A stretch of 63,186 nt of DNA, the filler included, from Octopus bimaculoides (lineage: Eukaryota): the NCBI RefSeq assembly GCF_001194135.2. It is 4 parts of 4 records of this genome, joined end to end, with 100 filler letters (N's around TTAATTAATTAA, not from the genome) between each part and the next. Parts side by side here need not be neighbours in the genome. Positions count along the whole stretch, not along the records: positions 31,617 to 60,731 come from NC_069000.1; 3 more parts are not named here. One strand, 5' to 3'. Under the pieces are notes generated by a model. That model ran no database searches. It was given only the letters and a program-made list of their open reading frames with translations, and was not told the origin of the DNA. The position numbers were made by a program, and so were the translations under genes. Below are positions 38,648-51,886 of the stretch, in pieces (the stretch's first letter is position 1; each line of letters opens with the position of its first letter).

Positions 38648-38698
38648 CTCAGAAAGAATGTAAGGACGAACTACTGCTCTGGAATGGTTTTATTACAT
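38648..38698 (+). CDS. Candidate internal exon (SQKECKDELLLWNGFIT)
   Basis: AG and GTGAGC boundaries; phase 1 start is compatible with 38001-38085. Confidence 0.22.
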
Positions 38699-39520
38699 GT
38701 GAGCTGTATAGCAGTCCAGGAATGCACTGATAACCTTCCCATCACAATTATCTGTGGAAAAGTAGCAGCAGACTATAGTTACCAGGAATTTTTATGCTCT
38801 AATCATTGACTAGAATTCTTAATAATAATCTCTTTGTTTTGATCACAAAGTTGCAGGGTTATTAGGAATATACTCCAGTATATTATATTTTATTTGCTTT
38901 GGTCATTGGATTGTGGCCATGCTAGGACACTATCTTGAATGGTTTAGTTGAACGAATTGACCTCGGTACTTATTTTCATGTCTGGTACTTATTTTCATGT
39001 CTGGTACTTATTCTATCAGTCTCTTTTACTGAACTGCTAATTTACAGGAATGTAAACAAACCAACACTGGTTGTCAAGCAGTGGTGTAGGACAGCCACAA
39101 ATTCAATGACATGTGCACACACACACACATGCACATGATGGGCTTCCACAGTTTCCGTCTACAAATTCACTCATAAAGCATTGGTGAAACAAGGGCCTAT
39201 AGTAAAAGACACTTCCCAAGGTGGTGCACTGTGGAACTGAACCTGAAACCATGTGGTTTCAAAGTGAGATTCTTAACCACATATCCATGCCTATGCCTGT
39301 ATTACTGGTATTTATTTTGTTGACAATAGGCACAGGAGTGGCTGTGTGGTAAGTAGCTTGCTTACCAACCACATGGTTCCGGGTTCATTCCCACTGCATG
39401 GCACCTGTCTTCTACTATAAGTGCCTTTTACTATAGCCTCGGGCCGACCAAAGTCTTGTGAGTGGATTTGGTAGACAGAAACTGAAAGAAACCTGTCATA
39501 TATATGTATATATATATATA

Positions 39521-40772
39521 TGTACCCGGTGCAAGCTATGGACACATAAGAGGTGCAGCAACATCAAAGGCAGGTTAACTAGCAAGTTAGTTTTTGTTTG
39601 TGGCAGATGTTCAGGTGCAATAAAGACTGCAAACAAACAGGAAACAACTTCTATCTCATTCCAGGGTGAAAAACTAGAGGTAGTCGATAGCTTCCGCTAT
39701 CTGGGCGNNNNNNNNNNNNNNNNNNNNNNNNNNNNNNNNNNNNNNNNNNNNNNNNNNNNNNNNNNNNNNNNNNNNNNNNNNNNNNNNNNNNNNNNNNNNN
39801 NNNNNNNNNNNNNNNNNNNNNNNNNNNNNNNNNNNNNNNNNNNNNNNNNNNNNNNNNNNNNNNNNNNNNNNNNNNNNNNNNNNNNNNNNNNNNNNNNNNN
39901 NNNNNNNNNNNNNNNNNNNNNNNNNNNNNNNNNNNNNNNNNNNNNNNNNNNNNNNNNNNNNNNNNNNNNNNNNNNNNNNNNNNNNNNNNNNNNNNNNNNN
40001 NNNNNNNNNNNNNNNNNNNNNNNNNNNNNNNNNNNNNNNNNNNNNNNNNNNNNNNNNNNNNNNNNNNNNNNNNNNNNNNNNNNNNNNNNNNNNNNNNNNN
40101 NNNNNNNNNNNNNNNNNNNNNNNNNNNNNNNNNNNNNNNNNNNNNNNNNNNNNNNNNNNNNNNNNNNNNNNNNNNNNNNNNNNNNNNNNNNNNNNNNNNN
40201 NNNNNNNNNNNNNNNNNNNNNNNNNNNNNNNNNNNNNNNNNNNNNNNNNNNNNNNNNNNNNNNNNNNNNNNNNNNNNNNNNNNNNNNNNNNNNNNNNNNN
40301 NNNNNNNNNNNNNNNNNNNNNNNNNNNNNNNNNNNNNNNNNNNNNNNNNNNNNNNNNNNNNNNNNNNNNNNNNNNNNNNNNNNNNNNNNNNNNNNNNNNN
40401 NNNNNNNNNNNNNNNNNNNNNNNNNNNNNNNNNNNNNNNNNNNNNNNNNNNNNNNNNNNNNNNNNNNNNNNNNNNNNNNNNNNNNNNNNNNNNNNNNNNN
40501 NNNNNNNNNNNNNNNNNNNNNNNNNNNNNNNNNNNNNNNNNNNNNNNNNNNNNNNNNNNNNNNNNNNNNNNNNNNNNNNNNNNNNNNNNNNNNNNNNNNN
40601 NNNNNNACCCACTACACTCTCTGAGTGGTTGGCGTTAGGAAGGGCATCCAGCTGTAGAAACTCTGCCAAATCAGACTGGAGCCTGGTGTTGCCATCCGGT
40701 TTCACCAGTCCTCAGTCAAATCGTCCAACCCATGCTAGCATGGAAAGCGGACGTTAAACGATGATGATGATG
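39521..40772 (+). mobile_element. 5'-truncated RTE-clade LINE spanning gap 39708-40606, inserted in a family-B SINE
   Basis: CTRCKLWTHKRCSNIKGRL...FVCGRC...EKLEVVDSFRYLG (Cys-rich insert plus RT C-terminal F.YLG); the far side of the gap carries the (GAT)n tail repeat. Confidence 0.78.
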
Positions 40773-41904
40773 CGTGTATGTTTGTGTGTCTGTGTTTGTC
40801 CCCCACCAACATCGCTTGACAACCGATGCTGGTGTGTTTGCATCCCCATAACTTAGTGGTTCAGCAAAAGAGACCGATAGAATAAGTACTAAGCTTACAA
40901 AGAATAAGTCCTGGGGTCGATTTGCTCGACTAAAGGCGGTGCTCCAGCATGGCCACAGTCAAATGACTGAAACAAGTAAAAGAGTAATAGGCAGAAACGC
41001 AAAGTCTAAACTACATGTTTTTTTTTTCTTTTAATGATTTCCAACTTTAGGTCCAAGCCACAGACTTGCGGGAGGTGATATAATCAATTTAATTAATCTT
41101 ACTACTTGAATAGTACTGAATAAAAGTGGGTGAGCTGGCAGAATCGTTAGCATGTCAAACAAAATGCTTAGTGGCATTTCTTATGTTCTGAGTTCAAATC
41201 TTTTTTTTTTACCAAAATGTTATCTCAAAAAAAATCACCCTGGATTTTATATGCAAAGTTGAGCCTATATTATATGCTTTAATGCTTCAAAAATTGTTTC
41301 CTGGAATATGTGCTGTTGAAATTGGGATGTATCTAATAAGCCAGTGCATCTTTTCTGCCAGTAGATATGGTAGCTTGCCTTAGGAAAATACAGCACTTTA
41401 CTAAAACAATGATTGAATTTACTGAGCTTATTTCTCTTCGTTGTGACCAATACCACTATTCATTAACATTTGTTCGTTTCCATGAGCACCAAGGTTGTGA
41501 AAATTAGGATAATTGCATAACTGTGGGACATTCTACGATTAGATTCTTTTATCAATGATTACTGTTGAATCATAATAAAACAGGAAGTGGAATGTGTTTT
41601 ATATCAGACTTATTGACTAATAAACCATTTTTTCTTTCTTTCTTTTTTTTACTGTGACGGAGCCTGGTGTTGCCATCCGGTTTCACCAGTCCTCAGTCAA
41701 ATCGTCCAACCCATGCTAGCATGGAAAGCGGACGTTAAACGATGATGATGATGATGATGATGATGAGTGTAATTTTTGTAATAAGCAAGTCATGTTTTCT
41801 ATGAGTAAGAAGTTCAGACAATTCTAAAACATATCCAATATAAGCAATGGTATTAGATTAAAGTAGCTATCTGTGTATCATACTTAATGCAAATACATTG
41901 CAAG

Positions 41905-41989
41905 AAGGCAAATTTACTGTGGTACTTGTCTGGAGATATCTCATAAGACACAACATTATCTCCAGATGAATACTGCAGTAAATTTACCT
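41905..41989. repeat. Short hairpin with ~33-bp arms
   Basis: aggcaaatttactgtggtacttgtctggagata versus reverse complement aggtaaatttactgcagtattcatctggagata. Confidence 0.7.
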
Positions 41990-42228
41990 TTTCACAATGG
42001 CTATTCATCATCATCATCATTTAACTTCCATTGTCCATGCAATGACTTAACAAAACGTAAAAACTCAACAACACACAAGTAACAGCGTATTTTTGTCTTT
42101 TGTCTCCTGGTCATATGCTGTGTTGTTTATTCTGTTTATTTGGTCATTTCTTTCAGTGTATTTTTTTCAGTGTATTGAGTAGCAGAGTCTGTCTCTTCTT
42201 TCTCCTTCATAGCATTGTATATTCCACC

Positions 42229-42266
<38 letters not shown>

Positions 42267-42325
42267 TACATAATCATTTCTCCTATCAGTTTTCTTGTCT
42301 CTCACCTTTCCACTTTTTCATTTCC

Positions 42326-42334
42326 ATCATCATC

Positions 42335-42386
<52 letters not shown>
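42326..42386. repeat. (CAT)n tail/microsatellite
   Basis: Directly visible; tail of a minus-strand RTE-end repeat. Confidence 0.9.
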
Positions 42387-42387
<1 letters not shown>

Positions 42388-42516
42388 TTAACGTTTGTTT
42401 TCCATGCTAGTATGGGTTGGATGGTTTAACAGGAGCTGGCCAGGCTCCATGTCTGTTTTGGTATGGTTTCTACAGCTGGATGCCCTTCCTAACACCAATC
42501 ACTTTACAGAGTGTAT

Positions 42517-42801
42517 GGGGTGATTTTATGCAGTACCAGCAAGGGTGTGTTTATGTGGCACCGGTATGGGTGCTTTTTATGTGGCACGGGGTGATTTTAT
42601 GCAGTATCAGCAAGGGTGTGTTTATGTGGCACCGGTATGGGTGCTTTTTATGTGGCACCNNNNNNNNNNNNNNNNNNNCCAGCAAGGGTGTGTTTATGTG
42701 GCACCGGTATGGGTGCTTTTTATGTGGCACGGGGTGATTTTATGCAGTATCAGCAAGGGTGTGTTTATGTGGCACCGGTATGGGTGCTTTTTATGTGGCA
42801 C
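42517..42801. repeat. 71-bp tandem repeat interrupted by a 19-N gap
   Basis: Unit ggggtgattttatgcagtatcagcaagggtgtgtttatgtggcaccggtatgggtgctttttatgtggcac at 42517 and 42588, repeated after the gap. Confidence 0.85.
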
Positions 42802-44976
42802 CAGCACCCATGAACCCGCAAGGTTAGAAATGCTCAGCTGGCGAGGGATGCAGGGGATAGCCTGAATGCAAGGACAACCACACAAGAACTCCCAGATGCC
42901 CTCTATGTTACAAATCTGTAGTCCCTCCTTCTCCTTGTTAAATTTCTCACTTAGAGTGTCCCTAAATCTCAGACCATTTAAAGGAACCTTAAATTTCCAA
43001 ATCCTTCTTTTCCAGAGTCTATACTACACTAGTTTCTATAGATATATATCCAGTATACAGACATAAAAATGTTATATATGATAAAAACAGTGACAAAACA
43101 GAAGGGAAACTACCATATTTACTTGTGTATATTTAGGGTTAAATCTTGGTACAAAATTTTTCCCCTTCATATTTAGTCTCTGCTCAGTGTATGCAGCACC
43201 TATATTTTTTAAATTAAGATCAGTCATAAAATAGTGTGACTTATACATGAGTAAATACAATGTAGTGGTTTGTGTTTACATTACTTTAGTGGAGATACTC
43301 TGAAAGACTATCCTTGTCATTAAATAATTATTATTGAGATGTTGATATTGTTGTTTAACCTCCAATTAACCCCATGTGAGGTAAACTGCTTTATGTAAAC
43401 GTAGTTTTCATCTTCCTTGACACAGTCAAAGAGATCCTGCACTGCTGAAACTCAATCTGGTTTTTGAGATGACTATACTCTACACACTTTAATTCCAAGC
43501 ACTGCTATAAACAAGCTGTGATGAATAATGAATTAAAATCGTGATTCTAATTGAGTATTCATCACAACTGACAACTGACCAATGTATGGGAATGGGAATT
43601 TCTGAGTAACAGTTTTGTGATAATTTTTGCAGTTTTAATAAAAGTATATTATATTGTGTCTGGGGAGAGTCTTTCTCTTTTAGTGCCTTCTTATTTAACA
43701 CACTCACCAGTTTGATTTCAACTCATTTACGTATTTATTTTTTCTAAAATTTTTGTTGCATCTTGCAACCTTTTCAATAGTCATTGACTCTGTCTATTAT
43801 CAGAGCTGCGTTCTTTTTGTTAGTTTGTTTGTGCACATGTGTGTGTGTCAGTGAGCATGCGTATACACCTATGTATGTATGCATGTTTGTGTATGCATGC
43901 ATGTGTATGCATATATATATATGTATGCATGTGTGTACATTTGTATGTATTCTGCATATTCATGTTTGTGTGTTTGTATGTGTGTATGTGTGTCTATGTG
44001 TATGGGTTTGTGTGACTGTACATGCATCTGTTATGTATGGATGTATGTCTTCATTTGTGTCCTTGTGTGTGTGTGTGTGTGTGTGTGAAGTGTAAAGTGT
44101 ACATATGTGTATATGATCATGTGTTTCAGTCTTCATTTGTGTATGTATCTGTGTGTGTGTGCTTGTCTGTCTGTATTACCTATGTACCTATCTATCTATT
44201 TATCTATCTGTTTACTTACATATCCATTTACCTACACACACACACATTTACATAACAGTTTACTAACAAGTCTACCTGTGTATATATAAACTGTGGGTAT
44301 TGGGGTATGACTACCTATGTATATTTCCTATTTAGTACTGGGGATGTTTCATTCATGAGGACGTACTCCTGTATTTGTCTGAGTGTTGGGCCCTTCGGGT
44401 GCATGGATAAAATGCAGATGTCAAGTTGACCCAGTGTGCCTTCATGTTGGTCTTTGGCATGCTGGTAGAGTATGGTAGAGTATACATACACACACACACA
44501 TGTGCACACATATACACATAGGTATATATGTGTGTCTGTGTGCATGTGTGTGTATATGAGAGAGAGAGACTCTATTATCGATGGCATTGTTTACAACTTT
44601 GTAATTACACATGAAGACAAGAGAAATACAAAATACTCACATAACCACACACACACACACACACACACACACTTATAATGAACTCTGTACACAGATTTAC
44701 TCACAAGTACATAGAAAAGCAATTGTTTGCTTCATCCAAAATGCTAATAATTTCTTTTATCTAATTTCATGATTTATAAATGACAGAATGCATAATTTAC
44801 GAGTAACTTGGTAATCAAAGAGCCACAGTTGGGATCATATAGACTATGAATTAGTTTTTCATTTTTCTAAAGATCTTCATCTTGAAAGCATACCAATTTC
44901 CATACACAGCTGGCTATGACTGTCATATTTATCTCTTGGGGTCGGTACAACAATGTTTTCTATTACTTTCTCTGCA

Positions 44977-45199
44977 TATGAGTGGGTGCTGAAAAATTTC
45001 TGGCTTCAAGGGCATCACGAAAGGATTCGTTGACAACCCGACCTTCTGAAGTTCTTTTACAGGGCTTAGAAAAAATTGAAGGACTGCTGCAATAAATGTG
45101 TGAATCTGAGAGGGGAATATGTTCAATAAAACCATAATCAACTAATCCTCCTGTATTTTCTTTTACCCAAAGCCAAGAACTTTTTAGCACCCCTTTATA
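44977..45199 (+). mobile_element. Mariner-derived MITE
   Basis: Imperfect TIRs tatgagtgggtgctgaaaaatttctggctt and (reverse complement) tataaaggggtgctaaaaagttcttggctt; internal FYRA*KKLKDCCNKCVNLRGEYVQ* resembles a mariner C-terminus. Confidence 0.7.
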
Positions 45200-47257
45200 T
45201 GTGTGAGCAAAACACAAGACAAGATTCCCATGCTTTTCCAAAAATGAAGACAGCAAATAGAAACTAAACCCACATAATATCCTCTAGTTTCTGGGAGTTT
45301 AATTGTTAAGTGGGAGTTAAGTGTGTGTACTTTCTAAGGATAATGAATTAAACCTCATACAGTTAATATATTGGGAATATCAGACTAAACTAATCTAATG
45401 CAGGAAGTTTGTGATTTGCTTTCAAATTGCTTATAGCAATCACTTGTGCAGGTCGTTTGGAAAAAGCTGAACACTCATATGTTATCTTCGACAAGAGAGT
45501 CCATCATATACATGTATATTTTTTTATGTATGAACCAGTGATTTGTCCATACGAAACTGCCACATTGTTGTTGAACATATGTGATAAAAAAAAATACAAA
45601 GAAATATATGTTACATTTGTTTATAATGGTGCAATATCCTCCGTGATATCTGCAAAGACAAGAAGCTCAAAATTCTCTGTGGGTTGGTGAAAGTTTCCAT
45701 TTGCTTTACTTTGTAAACTGACATTATCATCATCACTTTTTCCTTAATGCTGTCAAAGCTATGTTAATACATTTTGTAATATAATGCATGTGTATATCTC
45801 TTTCTGTTTATTTGTCTGTCTGTCTATCTCTCTCACTCTCTCTGTCTTTGTGTCTCTCTCTCCTGCTGTGTGTGTAATGTGAGAGTTTCTTTGTAGTGGG
45901 ATTTTTTTTAAGGCATTTTATTTGAAATTTTAGTATTTCAAGTATGTTTCTAAACTTATATAGCCATTGTATTGATTTATTTTCTAACAAATGCAGTTGT
46001 TCCACAAATCTGTTTGTATTTAACACTTCAATAGAGTGTTTACATAATCTATAGGAAAAGAAGTGAATTTTGTTTTCTTTTGTTTTTTTGTTTGTCCAAT
46101 TTGCTCCAAGCTACCATTTCTCAATTGACATCAGATTAAACAGACTGTACTTCTAAATCATCAATAGTTTACTGAACAAAAAAAAAAAAAATCTAAAACT
46201 CAAAGGACTTGGGGAAAATAAAGACGCCTGTAAATGAAGAAGTTTTAATTAAATGTAGTAGATGTAGGCCTATTATATTTCAGATATAATGCTTTTGTTT
46301 AGTTTGCTTTGTTAATCCTTACAAACTTGCAGTTGACATTTCTAGTGTATTTGACTTTATTCCAACTAGAATTAAAACTTGCTTCGAACCTTTTTAATGC
46401 AGTTGTGTCTATTACTAGCAAGCTTAAAATTAGATATTTTTTTTTTAATTTAAAAGAACTTTTTTTCTTTTTCACAAATTGATATATAACTGATTGTTAT
46501 TGGTAAGAATTGTGTCTAGCATTTATGCCTCCGTTTTTAATTCCTAGTAAGAATATATTCTGATTTGCTTCGGTTCTTTCTTTCTTCTTTGATAGTTTCT
46601 GATCTGCCCACTTCTTGGATACGGCTTACACAGTTGGAATGTGGCCATTTTATTTAATCTACACCAGTTTTAACCAACCACAGGATCATGTGTACTCTAT
46701 GTGGCCTTGCATTATATTTATTTATTCATTTTGACATCATTAGTAGAATGTCTATTGTTCAATAAACAGTTTTACTTTCTTCTTCAGTCTTAGTTGCGAC
46801 AGCTGAGCGATTATGCTGATGTAATGCTGATCCTTAGCTTATATCTTAATCTTCTTTGTATCTTCCTCGATAATGAAATGAAAAGATGACAAAAGATAAG
46901 TAAAACTCTAAAGCTTCCATGTGCAGTCATTGTATTATTGTGCTACTAAGATACTAAGATGCAGTCTATCTATCATACTCATACAACTGAATCTTGTTAG
47001 ATAAAAAAAAGAAGCCAGCCAGCTGTATAGAGAAGGTCCGTGATTTAAAATCTTTTTACTTGTATCAGTTATTGGACTGTAACCTTGCTGGGGTACTGCC
47101 TTAAAGGGCTTAGTTGAAGAAAAATCAACACTAGTACTGGTACTTTCTCTATCAATCTTTTTTTTTTTTTTTTTTACCAAACTGCTAAGTTATAGGGACA
47201 TAAACAAACCAGTACCAATTGTCAAGTTGTGGTGAAGAACAAACTCAAGCACGCACG

Positions 47258-47288
<31 letters not shown>

Positions 47289-49181
47289 NNNNNNNNNNNN
47301 NNNNNNNNNNNNNNNNNNNNNNNNNNNNNNNNNNNNNNNNNNNNNNNNNNNNNNNNNNNNNNNNNNNNNNNNNNNNNNNNNNNNNNNNNNNNNNNNNNNN
47401 NNNNNNNNNNNNNNNNNNNNNNNNNNNNNNNNNNNNNNNNNNNNNNNNNNNNNNNNNNNNNNNNNNNNNNNNNNNNNNNNNNNNNNNNNNNNNNNNNNNN
47501 NNNNNNNNNNNNNNNNNNNNNNNNNNNNNNNNNNNNNNNNNNNNNNNNNNNNNNNNNNNNNNNNNNNNNNNNNNNNNNNNNNNNNNNNNNNNNNNNNNNN
47601 NNNNNNNNNNNNNNNNNNNNNNNNNNNNNNNNNNNNNNNNNNNNNNNNNNNNNNNNNNNNNNNNNNNNNNNNNNNNNNNNNNNNNNNNNNNNNNNNNNNN
47701 NNNNNNNNNNNNNNNNNNNNNNNNNNNNNNNNNNNNNNNNNNNNNNNNNNNNNNNNNNNNNNNNNNNNNNNNNNNNNNNNNNNNNNNNNNNNNNNNNNNN
47801 NNNNNNNNNNNNNNNNNNNNNNNNNNNNNNNNNNNNNNNNNNNNNNNNNNNNNNNNNNNNNNNNNNNNNNNNNNNNNNNNNNNNNNNNNNNNNNNNNNNN
47901 NNNNNNNNNNNNNNNNNNNNNNNNNNNNNNNNNNNNNNNNNNNNNNNNNNNNNNNNNNNNNNNNNNNNNNNNNNNNNNNNNNNNNNNNNNNNNNNNNNNN
48001 NNNNNNNNNNNNNNTGATGATGATCATCAACATTAGTAGTAGTAGTAGTAGACAAATCCTGCCAAGGTCGACATTGGCTTCCATTCTTTTGGAAGCTTTG
48101 TGCTTGTTGCTAGAAATCAATATTTAAAAATGAAGTGTATGCAAATTTCAGATATACATCATGTAGAGCAAAGAGGGAAAGATGTTTACAGGGAAGATTA
48201 CAGGGATTTAGTTAGCTAATGAAAAGATCTGAAAGATGGTAGTTGGAAGAAAAAGAAAAAAAATGTGGATTTTTTTCTTTTTTTTTTTTGTATGAAGAGT
48301 AGGAATGTATAAAAGGATGATAAATATAGTTGAATGAAGAAACCTGTCTAAGCCAGTGTGGCTTTTAAAAAATCAGCTATTATGTTGTTCATGATAAAGA
48401 TGATATGAAGCTATTTAAAATGGAGTGAATAACTATAAAGTAATATGTAATGTTTGGTTTCTCTACTTTTGATGTCAAATATCAATGGATGTAATAGATA
48501 TGTTTCTCAAAGCAACATAGATAAGAAAGGTTAAGCTTTATAATCCTCAAATTAAAGTGAAATGTCCTGTTAAATTTAAGATGTGAAGCTTTTACAGAAG
48601 CTGGTGAACCATCAAAGAAATAGAGAAAAAAAAATGGAACTATTTTGAGAAAAATGCTGAAAAAAAAAATCAATAGATGAAGTGGAAAAAAGCTAAAAGA
48701 ACTGACCCAAGATGGTGGAAGAATAGTGTGTGTGTGTGTGTGTGCATGTGTGCGTGCATGCATGTGTATGTGTGTAATGTTACTGTATATAAGATGCAGG
48801 CACAGATGTATATTTTAAGAAGATTACATGGTTTGGGGTTCAGTCCCACTGTACGGCATCTTGGGCAAGTATCTTTTATTATAGCCTTAGCCTATCCAAT
48901 GCCTTATGTGTAAGTTTGGTAAAGGGAAACTGGTTGGAAGCTTGATATGTGTGTGTGTGTATAATCATTATTATCTTCATCATCATCATCATCATCATCA
49001 TCATTTAACGTTCATTTCCATGTCGGTAAAAAAACGTGAAACCGGTCAAGTCAATAAACATCTTTAAAAGACCTCTACATTTTAAAATCCTCTTCCTTAT
49101 ATATTTTCACTTATGCAGTACCTTCCAATTTTACTTTGTTATATATATGTGTGTGTGTATATAAATGTATATATGCATTAA

Positions 49182-50092
49182 TCTATTAGAAGTGAGCTTG
49201 AATCTTGCTTGCTTGCAATGTTACCCAGCCAAACTGGCACATAATGGGAAAATACTATGAATTAAGTTTCCCCTGAATATGAACAGAATAAAACAAGTTT
49301 CGTGTAAATCAGACAATTGGTTGTTGAGATGTTAGGGGTTTTCAGGGTATAAATACCCCCAAAACGGTGCATAATAGGAAAATACACCGAAAATAACTTA
49401 ACCCTCAAAGGGAAGACTCTAACCTTTTGATTAGACAGTAAATTGACAATGAAAAAATACAAGTTGTTTTTTTACAGTAAATGTTTCTATTTTCACTTTT
49501 GTTAAGCACAATATTTTAATCATTTAGAAATATTTTTAAGTGAATGTGATTTCAAAAATGTAAGTTATTTGTACAGTAAGTATTTATATTTTAGCTTTCT
49601 TTCAACAGGCAACATTTTAATGTTTTTAAAAATTATTTTCAAGTGAATACCATTACAAAAATTTTTTTTTGACATATTCAAAAAATATTTTAAAATGAAA
49701 ATGACTTAAAAAATATGGTAAATATTTCCGTAAAAGACCCATTCATAACCTCAGTGTGAAATAACTTTTTCCATAGGTTTGTTTTCAAGTGCATTCAATG
49801 TATCTTACCTCCATAGATTTGGCTGCTATTTCTAGCACGCCCTGCTACCACTTAACAGCTATTTGCGATAAAGGACCTGAAATACCTGTTACATGATAGC
49901 AGGGCATGCAAGAAATAGTAGCCAAATCTTTCCTTTTCTGAGGAAAGGAGTTGTTTATGCGTGATTTTGATGTCTCATTCATTGAAAGCATGCGAAATAA
50001 CCTGGATAAGAAAAAAAATACCCACAAAACAACTCTGTTGCTGGGAAACTCAGACTTTCCCAGTGACCCAACGGGGGTCACGGGTAGTCTAG
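49182..50092 (+). mobile_element. Non-autonomous Helitron (3' end clear, 5' end tentative)
   Basis: Hairpin GTGACCC-aacgg-GGGTCAC (50063-50081), then gggtagtCTAG|T (50089-50093); candidate A|TC 5' end at 49182. Confidence 0.6.
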
Positions 50093-51675
50093 TATGTATA
50101 TAAATTTAGTTACATTTTATTACCACTGAGTAGCTGTCTGCTGTACCATATATTTTAATTTCTATTAACTCCCTAGGGTATTATTTGACCAACTGCTTTG
50201 CTTAATTGTTTTATTTGTTTTAAAAAAATTTTTATTCCTTCTCTAAGACTTCAGATATTTTCTTTGAAACCAAAGTTTTTTTCATGGGCCCCTTACATAC
50301 TAATGTCTAAGGGGCCCACTTGCCATCGGGCAAGCTGGCAACCTGGCCAGTCTGCCACTGTCTGTAGGAATGACTTTTACTCAATTTCCTTGCATTTAAC
50401 TCTACTGCAACTACCACCATCACTATCACCACTACCATGCCTACAGCTACAACGATCTGCTGTTATCTGGACTCTCAATTCTTGCTGTTCCAGATTTCAT
50501 GGTTGCCACTTTGACCCACATTGTTCACTCAACTTGATTCATGTTCCATTGTATGAAGAAATGTAAAAGCTGTCATGTTTTCATTAAAGTAATTTTCACT
50601 CTAATTTAACTATTTTGTAATATGTAATACTGTAATCTATTTTAATAATTAATTATGATGAAAAATATAATTTGGAAAATATTGAAAAAAACAAAACGAA
50701 AACAACTGAATGCAAATATATTTCACCTCTCATATCTGATCACACATTTGTGTAAGTGAATTATAGATAAAGCTTTCATATTGTTATTAATGTAAAGAAT
50801 AACCAAAAATAATGTCATGAAATTCCTGTGCAACAGAAATATCCAAAAATTTGGTGTGGTGGTGGTAGTGATGGGGGAATAGATTGGAATGTCAGTCAAT
50901 CACATGATGTTATTTTGACTATAGGTAGGTAAATTTAGTTTGTTAAATCCAATGTTAGCACTGATGTAAGTATAAATGTCAGAAGAAAAAAAAACACATT
51001 ATAACAAAAATCTTTGAGAATGAGAGAGCAATGAGGGATGGGGAGCTGTTCATAGTGGAATCCATTCGTTACTGGAGAATTTTACTTTCTCTTCTTAATT
51101 TAATGCTGGAATTAAAATGGTAAGTGGGAATACCTTTTTAGAATAAATATGAACTAGTTATATACTCTTGACTGATAGCATTGATTATATTGATTACTTG
51201 GTATAACTATAGGATTTTGAGTTTTTACAGGAGATAAGAAGTGAATGATTGGGAGGTTTAGGTCCTTTCCTAAGGGTTAGTAACCCTAACCCTAAGGGTT
51301 AGTAACATCAGTGAAATTACAACATATCTGAAACCAGATGGTAAACTTCACTCCAGTTCTCTAGAGAAACCTTGATCCATGTACTGTAAACTCTGGATTG
51401 ATAATATTGATTTCAAATTCTGGCACAAGGCCAGCAATATTGGAGGAGGCGATAAATCGATTACATCGACCCCAGTGTTCAACTAGTACTTATTTTATTG
51501 ACCCTGAAAGGATGAAAGACAAAGTTGACCTTGGCAGAATTTGAACCCAGAATGCAAAGTATTTTGCCTGGTGTACTAACAATTCTGTCAGCTTGTCTCT
51601 GGATTGATAATATTAAGCACACACAGAAAGAAAAGAAATCAAAAAGTCAGTAAAGTCACCATGACCAACAGCCAA

Positions 51676-51886
51676 CCCTTTAACATTCAGATAACACTGT
51701 CAAAATGTAACACTTGTTTATTCACATTGTTTTGAATTAATCATGCATTATCTTGCAGCTTCGAGATTTTGATGATGTGGTTGTTTATGTTTAGAATGAC
51801 ATTGTAGGGTGGTTGTGAAAGGCTGGTTTGAACACAAACCATGTAGAATATTTGGGTCAGATATGACCGATTTAAATGCTATAGGG
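51676..51886. mobile_element. piggyBac-like MITE
   Basis: Ends ccctttaacatt and aatgctataggg-TTAA; left flank is ccaa rather than ttaa. Confidence 0.55.

Noticed and set aside
41265-41456. ORF 41265-41456 as an exon
   Set aside because: Similar sequence recurs at ~53300-53370, indicating an interspersed repeat
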